Shown here in pieces: positions 16,753 through 27,849 of a stretch of DNA of 61,254 nt. Position 1 is the stretch's first letter, and every line of letters starts with the position of its first letter. The position numbers and the translations under genes are program-made. Source of the DNA: a virus (Duplodnaviria > Caudoviricetes); the IMG/VR virus record IMGVR_UViG_3300032309_001297, positions 1 through 61,254 of that record. One strand, 5' to 3'. The notes under the pieces were generated by a model, which was given only the letters and a program-made list of their open reading frames with translations, made no database searches and was not told where the DNA came from.

Positions 16753-18089
16753 TGGCTGAAGAAGTTTGCCCTCCAGCAACACAAGACATTGCAATCAATC
16801 TTAAGAATCGCAAGAACGCTATTGATACTGCAATGTATGGACCTCTCAATCCTGCAGAACCAAACGAAGAGTATTGGACTGCACTCGGCTCTGAGTGGGG
16901 CGTAGATGTTGAGACTGCAAAGAAACAACGCTGTGGCAATTGCGCTGTATTTATTCAAACACCAGAGATGCTTTCTTGCATTGAAGGTGGTTTAACAGAA
17001 AACGCAGATGAGTTTGATTCCATTAATGAAGCTGGCGAACTTGGTTATTGCGAAGCATTTGATTTCAAGTGTGCATCTGCTCGTACCTGTCGTGCTTGGG
17101 TTGCTGGCGGTCCAGTAACAGCAGCTGGTAAGAAAACAATTTCTCAAACACCTGCTCCAAAGAAAGACCAGATTAAAGGCTCAGATAAAAACTCTAAGGG
17201 CTCTGCATCTGGTTCAAAGAAAATTAATTTTGACGCAAAAACAGAAACAACACTAAAGAACAAGGTTGCAGAACACAATGAAACTGCACCAAAGGGTCGT
17301 AAAGCGTCTCTGTCAATGCTCAAGGCCGTCTACCGTCGTGGTGCTGGAGCTTTCTCCGTATCGCACCGCCCCGGTATGACTCGCAATCAGTGGGCAATGG
17401 GTCGCGTTAATGCATTCCTTCGTCTTCTTAAGTCTGGAAAGCCTTCTTCTGCTGCATACAAGACAGATAACGATTTACTTCCAGCTTCACACCCACGAAG
17501 CACAAAGAAGTCAGCATCAGCAATGACTGCATCTGGTTTGATTCCAGAAGAGCAAGCTCTTGCAGAGGCACTTGTTTGGGTTACTACCAAGTATGGAAAG
17601 TTTGACCAAGATGGCGATGGAGTATGGGCTGGTTATACACCTGCATACGACAACGAAGTTAAAGATATTGGCGTTAAGTGTTCCAACTGCGTCTTCTTTC
17701 AAGGAACAGAGTGTCAAATCATTTCACTTGAGATTGAAGCAGAAGGTAAGTGCCGCTTTGCAGTAATTCCAGAAGGAGTTGTTGATGGTTCAGCAATCCC
17801 AGTTCGCGATGAAGAGGATATGGAACTTCTACTAGCAACTGCATACGCAGAGGCGCAGCTTCTTACAGAACTTAAAGAAGAATCAGAATACGATTCTCCT
17901 GAAGAAGTTATTTTTTCTATGACAGAATTTTCTGGCTTAGGTTACGACGCAGAGCAAGCCTTTAGAGCTAGCTGGCTTCGTGCAGTTCGTAACAATGACA
18001 ACCCATTTAAAAGAGTTTCATTACTTGCAAGCATGACATATGACAGCCTTGATGCAGACCTTCTTCCAACACGAGAGGTAGTCCAGTAG
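16752..18089 (+). CDS. modular head-associated protein with two Cys-rich domains and a DUF5824-like domain
   Basis: CGNC..C..C..C and CSNC..C..C; LKAVYRRGAGAF..HRPG..QWAMGRVNAF. Confidence 0.7.
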   Translation: MAEEVCPPATQDIAINLKNRKNAIDTAMYGPLNPAEPNEEYWTALGSEWGVDVETAKKQRCGNCAVFIQTPEMLSCIEGGLTENADEFDSINEAGELGYCEAFDFKCASARTCRAWVAGGPVTAAGKKTISQTPAPKKDQIKGSDKNSKGSASGSKKINFDAKTETTLKNKVAEHNETAPKGRKASLSMLKAVYRRGAGAFSVSHRPGMTRNQWAMGRVNAFLRLLKSGKPSSAAYKTDNDLLPASHPRSTKKSASAMTASGLIPEEQALAEALVWVTTKYGKFDQDGDGVWAGYTPAYDNEVKDIGVKCSNCVFFQGTECQIISLEIEAEGKCRFAVIPEGVVDGSAIPVRDEEDMELLLATAYAEAQLLTELKEESEYDSPEEVIFSMTEFSGLGYDAEQAFRASWLRAVRNNDNPFKRVSLLASMTYDSLDADLLPTREVVQ

Positions 18090-21000
18090 TGAATATCAAC
18101 TACCCAAAGAAGCCAGCTCTTCGTCTTTCTTCTATTGAAGAACAGACACAGAAGATTAATGCTGCAGCCTTAGAGCTTGTTGAAAAAGCCAATGCTGAGT
18201 TCTCTGGTACTCGTACTGTCACAAAGAAGGCAGCTTTAACAGTTATCTCCCGTTCTCTTGCTAAAAACGAATCAGATGCATTCTCTGTTCGTAAGCACAA
18301 GGCTCTTACAGAACTTTCTCACTACATTACTCTTGCTCAAAGCAACAGAGCTCTTACTGCAAGTGTAGAAAATACAGACCTTCTACCAATTGCACACCCA
18401 CGTTCAACTCGCGACAACGATATGACTCTTGCATCATTAATGCAGCATCGTGCTCGTTGGATTATTGATGACCCAGAAATTCAAGATGATAAGGCTCGTA
18501 CTCTTCTTGCCTCTGCTTTAACTTCCCACCCAGCATCAGTTGAATATGAATATGCAATTACTCATCTTTCAACAATGCCTCAGGGTATGGTTCCTCAGTA
18601 CGCACTTCTTGCAGCTCTTGGTGATGGAAACTCATCTGCAGCTCGTCGTGCTCGTGCAATGCTCCAGCGTCGTGACCGTAAGGGTCGCTTTGCTGAGATG
18701 GGTGGCGGACTTCGTGCACTTATCAAACGTGCAGCAAATGGTTTAGTTCAAAGTCTTACTGGAACAGCAGTATCTCAGGGTATCGATGGCGATACATTCG
18801 ATATGGAACTTCCAGATGGAAAGCTTGTTCGCGTTCCAGCAAGTTCAGCTGAAGCAATTAAAGCAATTCTTCCTTCAATGCAAACAAAGGACGGATACAG
18901 CAAGACTCCAGCAAAGGTTTCTATTGGAGACCCTGTAATCAATGAAGCAGACCTAGAAGTTGTAGATGCTCCAGATGGATTTAAGCTTGACGAAACTTGG
19001 TCTCCTAGCGCAGATGATGTTGATTATTACGGAACAAAGATTGATCTTGGTAAAAAGTTCACAGATGATGCTTACGATGTAATTAAATTTGATGTAGCCA
19101 ATGCTTCTGCAAAAGATAAGTTCGAAGCTGCTCAGCAAAAAGAAGCAGAAGGACAAAATATTGTCACTGTTGGCAAGGGTAAAAATAACTGGGTAGATGA
19201 AACTAAGCCAGTTTATTTTGTAAGCCGTCGTGATGGAAAAGATAAGACATTTGCTGCAGTTCAGTCATGGGCAGATGTTCAAGATTTTATTACGCAAGAT
19301 GAGCCTAAGTACGACAAGGGTGAAGGCGTTGACCCATCTAAGTCTGAAACAAAGAAAGAACTTCTTAAGAAGGTAAAAACTGGAATTGAAAAAGTTGCAG
19401 AGAAAAAAGCAGCTGAAGAGGCAAAAGCAGAAAAGCCAGTTGCCAAACTTCCAGAGAAGCAAGAAGATTTTGATTACCCAGAAGGTTCTTACAAGTTAAA
19501 GCAAGGTGTTGAATACACACCAGAAGGTCCAATTGATGGACAGGTCTCCCCTGACTACACAGATGACCCTGCAGAGCTTGCTCAGAAGTTTGAGACAGAT
19601 GAACTTGTAGAGGCTCTTACTCAATCTGTAACAGGAACTAAGAAATCACCAGCTACTGGTTTTGGCGGACTTCCTTTTGAGGCTGGAGATGAAATTGTCC
19701 CAGCAGAAGCAATCTACAACGCTCTTAAAGAGAAGGGCGAAGACGCTGACTCAATTCTTGGAGATATTTACAGCGGTGGAAAGCAAGCAGAGATTTCTGA
19801 AGCAACACCAGAAGTATCAGATGAAATTAAAGATGCTTTAGGTGATGAAGATGTTCTAGATGCTCCACTTCCTAATGGAGAAGAAGACCCTGCAACTCTT
19901 CCACCACTACTTGAAGGTCTTTCAGAAGACGAAAAAGCTAACTACGCTGAAACTGGAGACTACACAAAGTATCTTCCAAAAAATTCAACTGACGAGGCAC
20001 CTAGTGGCTATACAGAACTCAATGAAGACCCATTTAATAATTCTGAGGCAGTTCTTCCAGAAGATGCTCCAGAAGGATTTTCTTTCAATCCAGTAGATAT
20101 TGCTAACTCTTACAACAAAGAAGATCTTAAGGGCGAACTTCGTCGTGCCCTAGAGCCAGGAAACGAAATGCCTGGTTATGGTTTGATTTCGCAAGAAACA
20201 CCAGAAGGCGAAGATTATGTTGGTTATGTTCCCGGCGAAGCGATTCGCGATGCTCTTCAGCTTCAAGGCGAAGACACAAATGCTCTCATTAACGAAATCT
20301 ACGCAGAAGGCGCAGATAACGAACCTACTTCACAGGAGACCCAAGACGCTCTAGAAGGAGAAGCACCTGAAACTACACAAGGAACCCCCACCGAGCAAGA
20401 AGCGCCTGCCGAAAGCACGGAACAAACTCCGTCGAATGAAGCGGGACCCGAAGCCACCACAGTTAACACAGGAGAACCAACAGGACCTGCAAGATTAAAG
20501 GCTAAGGTTTCAGAACTCAAAGCTGGAGATGTTACAACCAACGATTTCTTCACTATTGAAAATATTTACTCTGACGCTGACTCCGAGTCTGCTAAACCAG
20601 GTTCCGTTTGGGTTGAGGGTTACTATCCAGGTCACGCAACTCAGAAGACCAAGCTTTGGTACCCAGATACAGAGATTGAAGTTTATCGAAACGTAGATGC
20701 TCCACAAAAGGGAGACCTACCAGAACTTAGCAAGCCTTTCGCTAAAGATTATGATCCACAGAAGAAGGTTTACAAAGATGAAGCTCTAGGAATTTTTGTT
20801 CCTAAAGATGCTGCAGCTCGTGAGCAATACCTTGCTGATGTTGAAGAATATAACAAGAATCTAGAAGCAGCTAAAGCAATGTGGTCTGCTCCAGAAGGTC
20901 TTGAAGAATGGCAAACACCAGATGCTGCACCTGTATACACTCCAGAAAATCCAATTGGTATTTCTGAAGTTGCATCAGTTGATGTTAAGCCTGGTGATAT

Positions 21001-24000
21001 TACATTTAAAAAAGAATGGGGTCAGGATTACTACGAGTTCTTTGTTGTTGAGGGAGTCTCAACCGATGAAGAAGGAAACGCGGTTGTTCAGGGCTACTAC
21101 CCAGGTCACGAGTCACAGACTAAGACTTGGAAGGGTACAACCAAGATTACAGTTATTAAGGGTGCAACTCCTCCAGAAGCAGGAACTAAACCTGCACTAG
21201 AGCGTCCAAAGAAGGATGACCCAGACTTTGCAGAAAAGAAGGCAGCATTTGATGCAGCAAAGAAAGAATCTGCTGCAACATGGACTGCTCCTATTGATTT
21301 AGAAGCATCTGCACCACAACCAAAGGCTAAGAAGCCAACTCCTCCTGCATTCCAAGGCGACAAACTAAAGGCAATTGCAGAAGCAGCTGGTGGAGATGCA
21401 AAGAAGTTCAAAGAACTCCTTGCACAAGAAGAAGTTGTACACATTGACTTCGAGTCAACAGGTGGATTTAACAAGCCAAGTCCAATTCAAGTTGCTCTTG
21501 TTAAGACAAAGAATGGCGAAGTAATAGACTCCAAGGTTCTATTTATGAACCCAGAGAAGCCACTTGATTCTTTCTACACAGATAAAGACCCTGCAGAAGT
21601 TCTTAAGGACTCTGAAGGTAATCCAATCTCTGATGCATTCCTTGAGAAGCAAATGTCTCAGGAAGATGCATTCAAGCAGATTATGGAATTTATGGGCGAA
21701 AACCCAATCGTCTCTGCACACAACCTCCCATTTGATGGAGAAATCCTCAAGCGCTACACCGACCAGTTTGGAATGGACTACAAGCCTGCTGGCGAGATTG
21801 ACACATTGTCATTGGCACGCAAGGTTATCAATGGTGGCAACGGAGACCACGTTCTCCAAGCTGTTGCTGCTCGTTACGACCTAGCTGGACCAGATACAGA
21901 TTGGCATGATGCTTCTGTTGACGTTGCAGTATTACCTGGAATTCTTGACAATCTTCTTGATGAAATGGCTATTACAAATAGCGGTATTGATTCTCTTGAC
22001 GTTGATAAAGCTAAAGTTGACTTTGATGCTGCAAACGCACAATACACAGCAAGCAAGTCTAAGAAAGCAAAAGCAGACACAGAACTTGTTATGGCAAAGG
22101 CTTTCGCAGATGGTATGGCTGGGAAGGATGTTCCGACTTCAGAAGAACTTGGAAGCGCTCTTCCAAAGGAGCTACCAACTTCAGACGAACTCAGCCCAGC
22201 AACAACCCCAAAGCCATCAGAAGTTTCAGACAACGACTCACAAATCGAATCTGTTCTTGGTGGACTTGTAAGTAATAACTGGGTATCTGAAAACGAGAAC
22301 ACAACTAACGTTGGAAAGATTGCCGTTGAAGATATGAAGCCTGGTGACTTCATCAGTGCACAGTTCGGTGGATACCACGAAATTATTTCTGTAGAACCAG
22401 ACCCAGATAACGATAAAAAGATGGTTGTTACTCGTCGTCTTCTTGCAAATGGCAAGGAATACAAGTCAAGCTGGATTAAGTATCAAGCATATGAAGTTCG
22501 TCGTCGTAACGAACCTATTGAAATTGCACAGCCTGTAGATTCAACTCCTGAAACACCAGAAGTAGAACAACCAATTCTTGAGACAGATGAAGCTCCAGAG
22601 AAGGAAAGCTCAGCTGGTACATGGAACGGCTACAACATTGCACAAGGCACAGATGGTGTCTATTATGCAGAAAACATCTCTTCTACAGACGTTCAAGCAC
22701 TTCGTAATGGACAACTAACACCACCACAGCTTCCATTCTTTGCACCACTTGGTGGAGGAAACGATCAAGAAACTGGAGAAGGTTACTTCTTCTCAGTCAA
22801 TGGAAAACGTTTCTGGGGCAAGTACGGTGCTGCAGGTGCTCTAGTTCGCCGTAAGAACTCCGATGGAGTCTACGAATACTTCTTAGCAAAGCGTTCTTCT
22901 GGTCTTTCACAAGAAGGTGGCAAGTGGGGATTCCCTGGTGGCGCACATAAAGACCAAACAATTGCTAAGTCAGTTGGTGGAACAGCTAAAGAAGAATTTA
23001 GCGAAGAAGTAGGTGGAGACTTATCATCTCTTGAGCCTAAGTACATCCATCAAAACTTTGTAGGTCCAGAATGGGCATATGACACATATGTATTTGAAGT
23101 TGGACCAAAGCAACTTAGCGATTTAACACCTAAGGATGGAGAAAACTCCGAAATTGGTTGGTTTACAGCAGATCAAATTAATCAAATGGCTGCTGATGGA
23201 AAACTTCACACTAACTTTGCTGATTCAGCACAAGCAATATTTGACTTGTCTGAAGACAACACAAAGGGGCCAGAGAAGCCAACACCTGCTGAATCAAAGT
23301 CAACAGAAGTTAAGGCATTCGACACTACCAATTGGAAGAAGATTGCTGGTCAAGCTGGTTCAAATGAGGGTGCATTCTATGTAGACCCTGATACAGGTGA
23401 GCAGTATTACGTCAAGAAGCCTAAGTCTGATAAGCATGCAGCAAACGAAGCTCTTGCATCTGCATTATACGCAGAAGCTGGGACAAAGATTGGTCGTGTG
23501 TATCTTGGAAAAGACAGCAAAGGCAACATCGTCCTTGTATCTCCACTTGTAGAAAACTCTAATAAAGATTTTGCAGACAAGAAGAACGATGCAAACATTC
23601 TTAAGTCTGCACAAGAAGATTTTGCAGTAGATGCATGGCTTAACAATTATGACTCCGTTGGTCTTGCTTACGACAACATGCTTACAGTTGATGGAGATGT
23701 CTACCGTGTTGATCCAGGTGGCTCTCTACTATTCCGTGCACAAGGAAAAGATAAGTCGAAAGAACTTACAGACGATGTAAAGTCTATCGATACACTCCGT
23801 GACGGAAGTATTAACTCAGAATCAAACGACATCTTTGGTTCTATGACAGACGAGCAAATTGCTGAGTCTGCAAAGAAGGTTCAAGCAATCAGTCCTGAAA
23901 AGATTGACCAACTTGTTGACCAAGCATTCCCAGATGACGCAGAAACAGCTTCATTCCTCAAGGAGAAGCTAAAGGCTCGTCGTGAAGACCTCATTAATCG

Positions 24001-27000
24001 TTTCGGTCTTGAACCACAGGAAGAAGAAGCCTCAGAGCCAGTTCAATCAGTAAGTGATTCTAACCCTGTAATACCTCTTGACCCTTCTGGTGATTTAGCT
24101 CAGCAGCTAAACGATGCTGTTGGAAAGAAAGTTTCATTCCTATATAACGGAAAAGATAGAGTTGCAACAGTTATTCCTTCCAAGGAAGGAACAGCACAGA
24201 TTTGGGAAAATCCAAAGAACGGAAAAACTAATATTCGTCTTTTGGATTCAGATGGTGCTGTAAAGAATTTCACTATCTCAAGTATTGAATCAAATTCTGA
24301 AGGATTTGAAGCTCCTAAGGAAGCATCTAAGCCTTCTACAGAAGCTCCATCAGGTTGGACCAAGGAAGGTAACTACACTTGGAAGAAAGACGGCTGGGTT
24401 GTAACTGAAGATACTGAAGGAAACCTTACTGCAAGTAATCCAAAAGTCTCTGGTTTAATTTTTGGCAATTCTTGGGATGAAGTTCAAACCAAGATTGATG
24501 CAGAAGATGTAACCCCATCAATTCCTCAGGTAGCCACACCAGAAGAAATTAAAGCAATCGCTGAATCTCCAGATGGTGGAATCACTCCATCTGCTAACGA
24601 CAACATCGAGCCTTTAAATCCTGTTGACACTCCTCTAACTGAGACAGAGAAGTCAACCTCTTTGTCAGAAGCAGAGAAGCAAAAGGTTCTTGATGAGGTA
24701 TCAAATCTTGCTGAGAAACTATTTGGTTCTAAGGGTAAGACAAAGGACCTTCTAGAAGCACTTAAGGGACAAGAAGGCGTTGATAGCGACCTTATTGACT
24801 CAATCATCAGCGACATCGATGCTCCAAAGACTGCACCTGATGCAACTCCAGAAGAAAAAATTACAAGTGACCTCACTCAATCTCTCACACCAGAAGATGG
24901 CGATGAAGATGTACCAGCTGAAGTTCTTGAATCAATCACAACAGAAGAGCTTGCTGCAGAAGCAAAGACTCCAATGGATCCAGATCTTATCTGGAAGAAG
25001 GTACAAGAAGAATACTCAAGCACCACACTTCCAAATGGTCACATCGTTGTGTTCTCACAGACCAACGGAACAGATAAGTTTGATGTTGTTGTCAAGCGTA
25101 ACTCGGATAATACATTTAGTGTTTATCACCGCATCACTGGTCCAGACGGAACAAGCAAGGTTAAAAACCTTAAGGGTCGTTGGCATTCATTTACCGCTCT
25201 TAAGAGCCGTATCGAAAGTGAAAAGTGGAAAGCAAAGGTAACACCTTCTAAGGTTAAGGCTAAGGCTAAGACAGAAACTCCTGGAAGTATTCTTCCTGCT
25301 GCAATTCCTACTCAAAAGGGTTCTTATGTTTCAGCAGATGGAGTTAGCATTGTTAAGGTTGGACAGAAAGTTAAGGATGTTAAGACTGGCAAGACTGGTG
25401 TTGTTATCTCTCTCAAAGATGAGCTAATTACAGGTAAGTCTAAGCTCAAGCCAGAAGGCTACACCTACACAGACGTTGCAAAAATTAAGTGGGATGACAC
25501 TGGAAAGAAAAACTGGAAGGTGTCTACATACCTTGAGATTTTAGATGGACCAAGCGGCGGTGGTAGCGGTGGAACAAAGACAACACCAACACCAACACCA
25601 AGCTCACCTTCAACACCTTCTACACCAGAAGTTGATGCAACTCCAGCAGAAATTCCTACATACGATGCTCCATCTCTACAAGGAGCAAAAGCTCTTAAAG
25701 ATGTAGAGGCACTTGCTGCAAAGAAGAATGAAAATGAGCACATGTCATACTTTGGTGCAGACAGCTATTCTGACTATAAAGAGTTCCTAAAGGGTGACTT
25801 TGTTAAAGACCCTGAATCTAAGAACCTTGTTCCAGGAATTATTGTCTCTAACGCTTCAACAAATGCTAACGACCAAGACTTAACAAGTCATGGTGTTATC
25901 ACAAAGACTAACTCAAAAACTGGTGAAGTTGAAGTTACATACTTTGATGGACCTCTTGCTGGTAAGGGTCAAACTCTTAAGTCAGACAAAGTATGGAGCC
26001 GTGAGAAGTTCCTAACAGTTGAGCAGTCTAAAGAGCTAGGTATTGATGTAGACACCACACTTCTTGAGAAGTCCCGTGCTGCATCTAAGGCTAAAGGTGA
26101 AAAGTACGCTAAAGAATTAGCAGAAAAGAAAAAGAAAGCTCAGCAAGAAGCAGAAGCAAAGGCTCTTAAATCTAAGTTTGAAGTTAACGGTCCTGGTTTT
26201 GCACTTCAAACACCTAATGCACCAGCAGATTGGTCTAAATCTCCTGTAGACAATGCACCAAGCCTTGCTGATGCATTAAAGGTGGCAAAAGGTGACAACC
26301 CATTAGAAGCAGCTAAAGGAGCGACAGTTCTTGCAGACTCTGATGCAATTGAGGACCTAGAGCTTCGTGTTCAAAAAGTAACTGCAAAAGGTGGAAAAGA
26401 GTCTATTAGAGTTACATTCACTCTCACAGACTGGGCAGCAAACCCACGAGTCGCTGAAATGATAGACGATGCAAGCATTGATAAGTCTTCTGGTTTAGAT
26501 ATTGATAAATGGGAAAAACAACCAGATGGTTCGTTAAAGTATTCTAAAAAGTGGGACAGTAGCTCTGTTGACCAAAGTGGTACTGGTGTTACTTACAGCG
26601 GAAAAGCTGGAAAAGGAACATTTAAACTTCATCGTGCAAAGAAAGGTGCAGAGAAAGCTAACTTCTTTAATCATGCAAGTAACAGCAGCAACTCTGTTGC
26701 ATTCCATAATAAAGTAGAAATAATTCTCCCAGCAAACGCTACCGAAAAAGACATTGAAGATGCAATTAAGGCAATGGGTGGCGTGGACAGTGTTCGTCCA
26801 GCAACTAAGGAGGACATTAAAGGTCTTGTTGAAAACAAGATGATTTGGCTTTATGGACGAAGCACAGATGGAACAAAGAACTATGCTGGCGAACTTCGCG
26901 ACAAGATTCTTCAACAAATCAAAGATGACTATGGATTTACTGCAGACGATGTAGAGATTGTTGTTGATAAAGAGGGTCGTGGTCGTATTAGCTATCTAGC

Positions 27001-27532
27001 TCCTCAAAGTGTTGCAGACAAGATTGCTAGCGAAACAAAAATTAATTATTTCAACCACACTTGGCAGTCTTCTACTCCAAACGGAACTGATGCTATGGCA
27101 GACTTCTTATTTGAAATATTCCAATCTGGAGGCTTGTATTCAACAACTAATCGTTGGATGGATGGAATTAATATCAACGGTATGTCTTCCAAAGCAGATG
27201 TAAAAGCCAACGGTGGAAACTATATGTTTACTCATCAATCATCCTCCCCCAGCAGCGGTTCAAGCTTAAGCTTCTCGTTTGATGCAAGAAAGCTTCTTCG
27301 TAGAATGGACTTCTACAAGAATGGCGGAGATAAGTATGGACAGCTCGTATCTGACGCAGAAGATGTAATCGAAAAACTTAAGAGTGGCGGCGGCGAGATT
27401 ATGTGGAAGAAGAATCTTTCATGGGCTGATCTCTCAAGCGTAAGTATGTCTGATGCTGTCCGAGCAGCTCTTGTGAAGAAACTTCTTGCTGCTGGATTAC
27501 CTGAATACGCACAGATTGTGAAAGGTAAATAA
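18089..27532 (+). CDS. giant polyvalent putative virion protein (DEDDh exonuclease, NUDIX, kinase-like, ART-like domains)
   Basis: 3147-aa ORF in head module; HIDFESTG/AHNLPFD/IDTL/HDA..D; WGFPGG..AKEEFSEEVG; YYVK..NE..DAWL.N.D..DN..VD.G; H..IFQSGGLYS..YMF..EIM. Confidence 0.8.
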   Translation: MNINYPKKPALRLSSIEEQTQKINAAALELVEKANAEFSGTRTVTKKAALTVISRSLAKNESDAFSVRKHKALTELSHYITLAQSNRALTASVENTDLLPIAHPRSTRDNDMTLASLMQHRARWIIDDPEIQDDKARTLLASALTSHPASVEYEYAITHLSTMPQGMVPQYALLAALGDGNSSAARRARAMLQRRDRKGRFAEMGGGLRALIKRAANGLVQSLTGTAVSQGIDGDTFDMELPDGKLVRVPASSAEAIKAILPSMQTKDGYSKTPAKVSIGDPVINEADLEVVDAPDGFKLDETWSPSADDVDYYGTKIDLGKKFTDDAYDVIKFDVANASAKDKFEAAQQKEAEGQNIVTVGKGKNNWVDETKPVYFVSRRDGKDKTFAAVQSWADVQDFITQDEPKYDKGEGVDPSKSETKKELLKKVKTGIEKVAEKKAAEEAKAEKPVAKLPEKQEDFDYPEGSYKLKQGVEYTPEGPIDGQVSPDYTDDPAELAQKFETDELVEALTQSVTGTKKSPATGFGGLPFEAGDEIVPAEAIYNALKEKGEDADSILGDIYSGGKQAEISEATPEVSDEIKDALGDEDVLDAPLPNGEEDPATLPPLLEGLSEDEKANYAETGDYTKYLPKNSTDEAPSGYTELNEDPFNNSEAVLPEDAPEGFSFNPVDIANSYNKEDLKGELRRALEPGNEMPGYGLISQETPEGEDYVGYVPGEAIRDALQLQGEDTNALINEIYAEGADNEPTSQETQDALEGEAPETTQGTPTEQEAPAESTEQTPSNEAGPEATTVNTGEPTGPARLKAKVSELKAGDVTTNDFFTIENIYSDADSESAKPGSVWVEGYYPGHATQKTKLWYPDTEIEVYRNVDAPQKGDLPELSKPFAKDYDPQKKVYKDEALGIFVPKDAAAREQYLADVEEYNKNLEAAKAMWSAPEGLEEWQTPDAAPVYTPENPIGISEVASVDVKPGDITFKKEWGQDYYEFFVVEGVSTDEEGNAVVQGYYPGHESQTKTWKGTTKITVIKGATPPEAGTKPALERPKKDDPDFAEKKAAFDAAKKESAATWTAPIDLEASAPQPKAKKPTPPAFQGDKLKAIAEAAGGDAKKFKELLAQEEVVHIDFESTGGFNKPSPIQVALVKTKNGEVIDSKVLFMNPEKPLDSFYTDKDPAEVLKDSEGNPISDAFLEKQMSQEDAFKQIMEFMGENPIVSAHNLPFDGEILKRYTDQFGMDYKPAGEIDTLSLARKVINGGNGDHVLQAVAARYDLAGPDTDWHDASVDVAVLPGILDNLLDEMAITNSGIDSLDVDKAKVDFDAANAQYTASKSKKAKADTELVMAKAFADGMAGKDVPTSEELGSALPKELPTSDELSPATTPKPSEVSDNDSQIESVLGGLVSNNWVSENENTTNVGKIAVEDMKPGDFISAQFGGYHEIISVEPDPDNDKKMVVTRRLLANGKEYKSSWIKYQAYEVRRRNEPIEIAQPVDSTPETPEVEQPILETDEAPEKESSAGTWNGYNIAQGTDGVYYAENISSTDVQALRNGQLTPPQLPFFAPLGGGNDQETGEGYFFSVNGKRFWGKYGAAGALVRRKNSDGVYEYFLAKRSSGLSQEGGKWGFPGGAHKDQTIAKSVGGTAKEEFSEEVGGDLSSLEPKYIHQNFVGPEWAYDTYVFEVGPKQLSDLTPKDGENSEIGWFTADQINQMAADGKLHTNFADSAQAIFDLSEDNTKGPEKPTPAESKSTEVKAFDTTNWKKIAGQAGSNEGAFYVDPDTGEQYYVKKPKSDKHAANEALASALYAEAGTKIGRVYLGKDSKGNIVLVSPLVENSNKDFADKKNDANILKSAQEDFAVDAWLNNYDSVGLAYDNMLTVDGDVYRVDPGGSLLFRAQGKDKSKELTDDVKSIDTLRDGSINSESNDIFGSMTDEQIAESAKKVQAISPEKIDQLVDQAFPDDAETASFLKEKLKARREDLINRFGLEPQEEEASEPVQSVSDSNPVIPLDPSGDLAQQLNDAVGKKVSFLYNGKDRVATVIPSKEGTAQIWENPKNGKTNIRLLDSDGAVKNFTISSIESNSEGFEAPKEASKPSTEAPSGWTKEGNYTWKKDGWVVTEDTEGNLTASNPKVSGLIFGNSWDEVQTKIDAEDVTPSIPQVATPEEIKAIAESPDGGITPSANDNIEPLNPVDTPLTETEKSTSLSEAEKQKVLDEVSNLAEKLFGSKGKTKDLLEALKGQEGVDSDLIDSIISDIDAPKTAPDATPEEKITSDLTQSLTPEDGDEDVPAEVLESITTEELAAEAKTPMDPDLIWKKVQEEYSSTTLPNGHIVVFSQTNGTDKFDVVVKRNSDNTFSVYHRITGPDGTSKVKNLKGRWHSFTALKSRIESEKWKAKVTPSKVKAKAKTETPGSILPAAIPTQKGSYVSADGVSIVKVGQKVKDVKTGKTGVVISLKDELITGKSKLKPEGYTYTDVAKIKWDDTGKKNWKVSTYLEILDGPSGGGSGGTKTTPTPTPSSPSTPSTPEVDATPAEIPTYDAPSLQGAKALKDVEALAAKKNENEHMSYFGADSYSDYKEFLKGDFVKDPESKNLVPGIIVSNASTNANDQDLTSHGVITKTNSKTGEVEVTYFDGPLAGKGQTLKSDKVWSREKFLTVEQSKELGIDVDTTLLEKSRAASKAKGEKYAKELAEKKKKAQQEAEAKALKSKFEVNGPGFALQTPNAPADWSKSPVDNAPSLADALKVAKGDNPLEAAKGATVLADSDAIEDLELRVQKVTAKGGKESIRVTFTLTDWAANPRVAEMIDDASIDKSSGLDIDKWEKQPDGSLKYSKKWDSSSVDQSGTGVTYSGKAGKGTFKLHRAKKGAEKANFFNHASNSSNSVAFHNKVEIILPANATEKDIEDAIKAMGGVDSVRPATKEDIKGLVENKMIWLYGRSTDGTKNYAGELRDKILQQIKDDYGFTADDVEIVVDKEGRGRISYLAPQSVADKIASETKINYFNHTWQSSTPNGTDAMADFLFEIFQSGGLYSTTNRWMDGININGMSSKADVKANGGNYMFTHQSSSPSSGSSLSFSFDARKLLRRMDFYKNGGDKYGQLVSDAEDVIEKLKSGGGEIMWKKNLSWADLSSVSMSDAVRAALVKKLLAAGLPEYAQIVKGK

Positions 27533-27849
27533 TGAGTCTCCAAATTGAAAAAGTCATCATAGAAGGACCAGCGGTTCTTGAAAAACTTTCTGGTGAGATG
27601 CCCTACAAGCGCCTTGTTGGAAAAGTAACTTACTTTGGGTATTCACCTGAGGAAGAGGACAATAATCTGACAATTATTGGTGCACATGTTTTTCCTGTTG
27701 ACCTAGAACAGATATCTATAGACGAGGAAAAAGGTACAATTGAGTTTCCATGTTATGACGGAAATTACCTAGTTCGTCCTCTTTTAGAGGAAGACACCGA
27801 GTGGATTGGCGAAGAAAACCTTGAGGAGGCTCGAAATGGCAATTTCTAA
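27532..27849 (+). CDS. acidic hypothetical protein
   Basis: TAATG-coupled ORF. Confidence 0.7.
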   Translation: MSLQIEKVIIEGPAVLEKLSGEMPYKRLVGKVTYFGYSPEEEDNNLTIIGAHVFPVDLEQISIDEEKGTIEFPCYDGNYLVRPLLEEDTEWIGEENLEEARNGNF

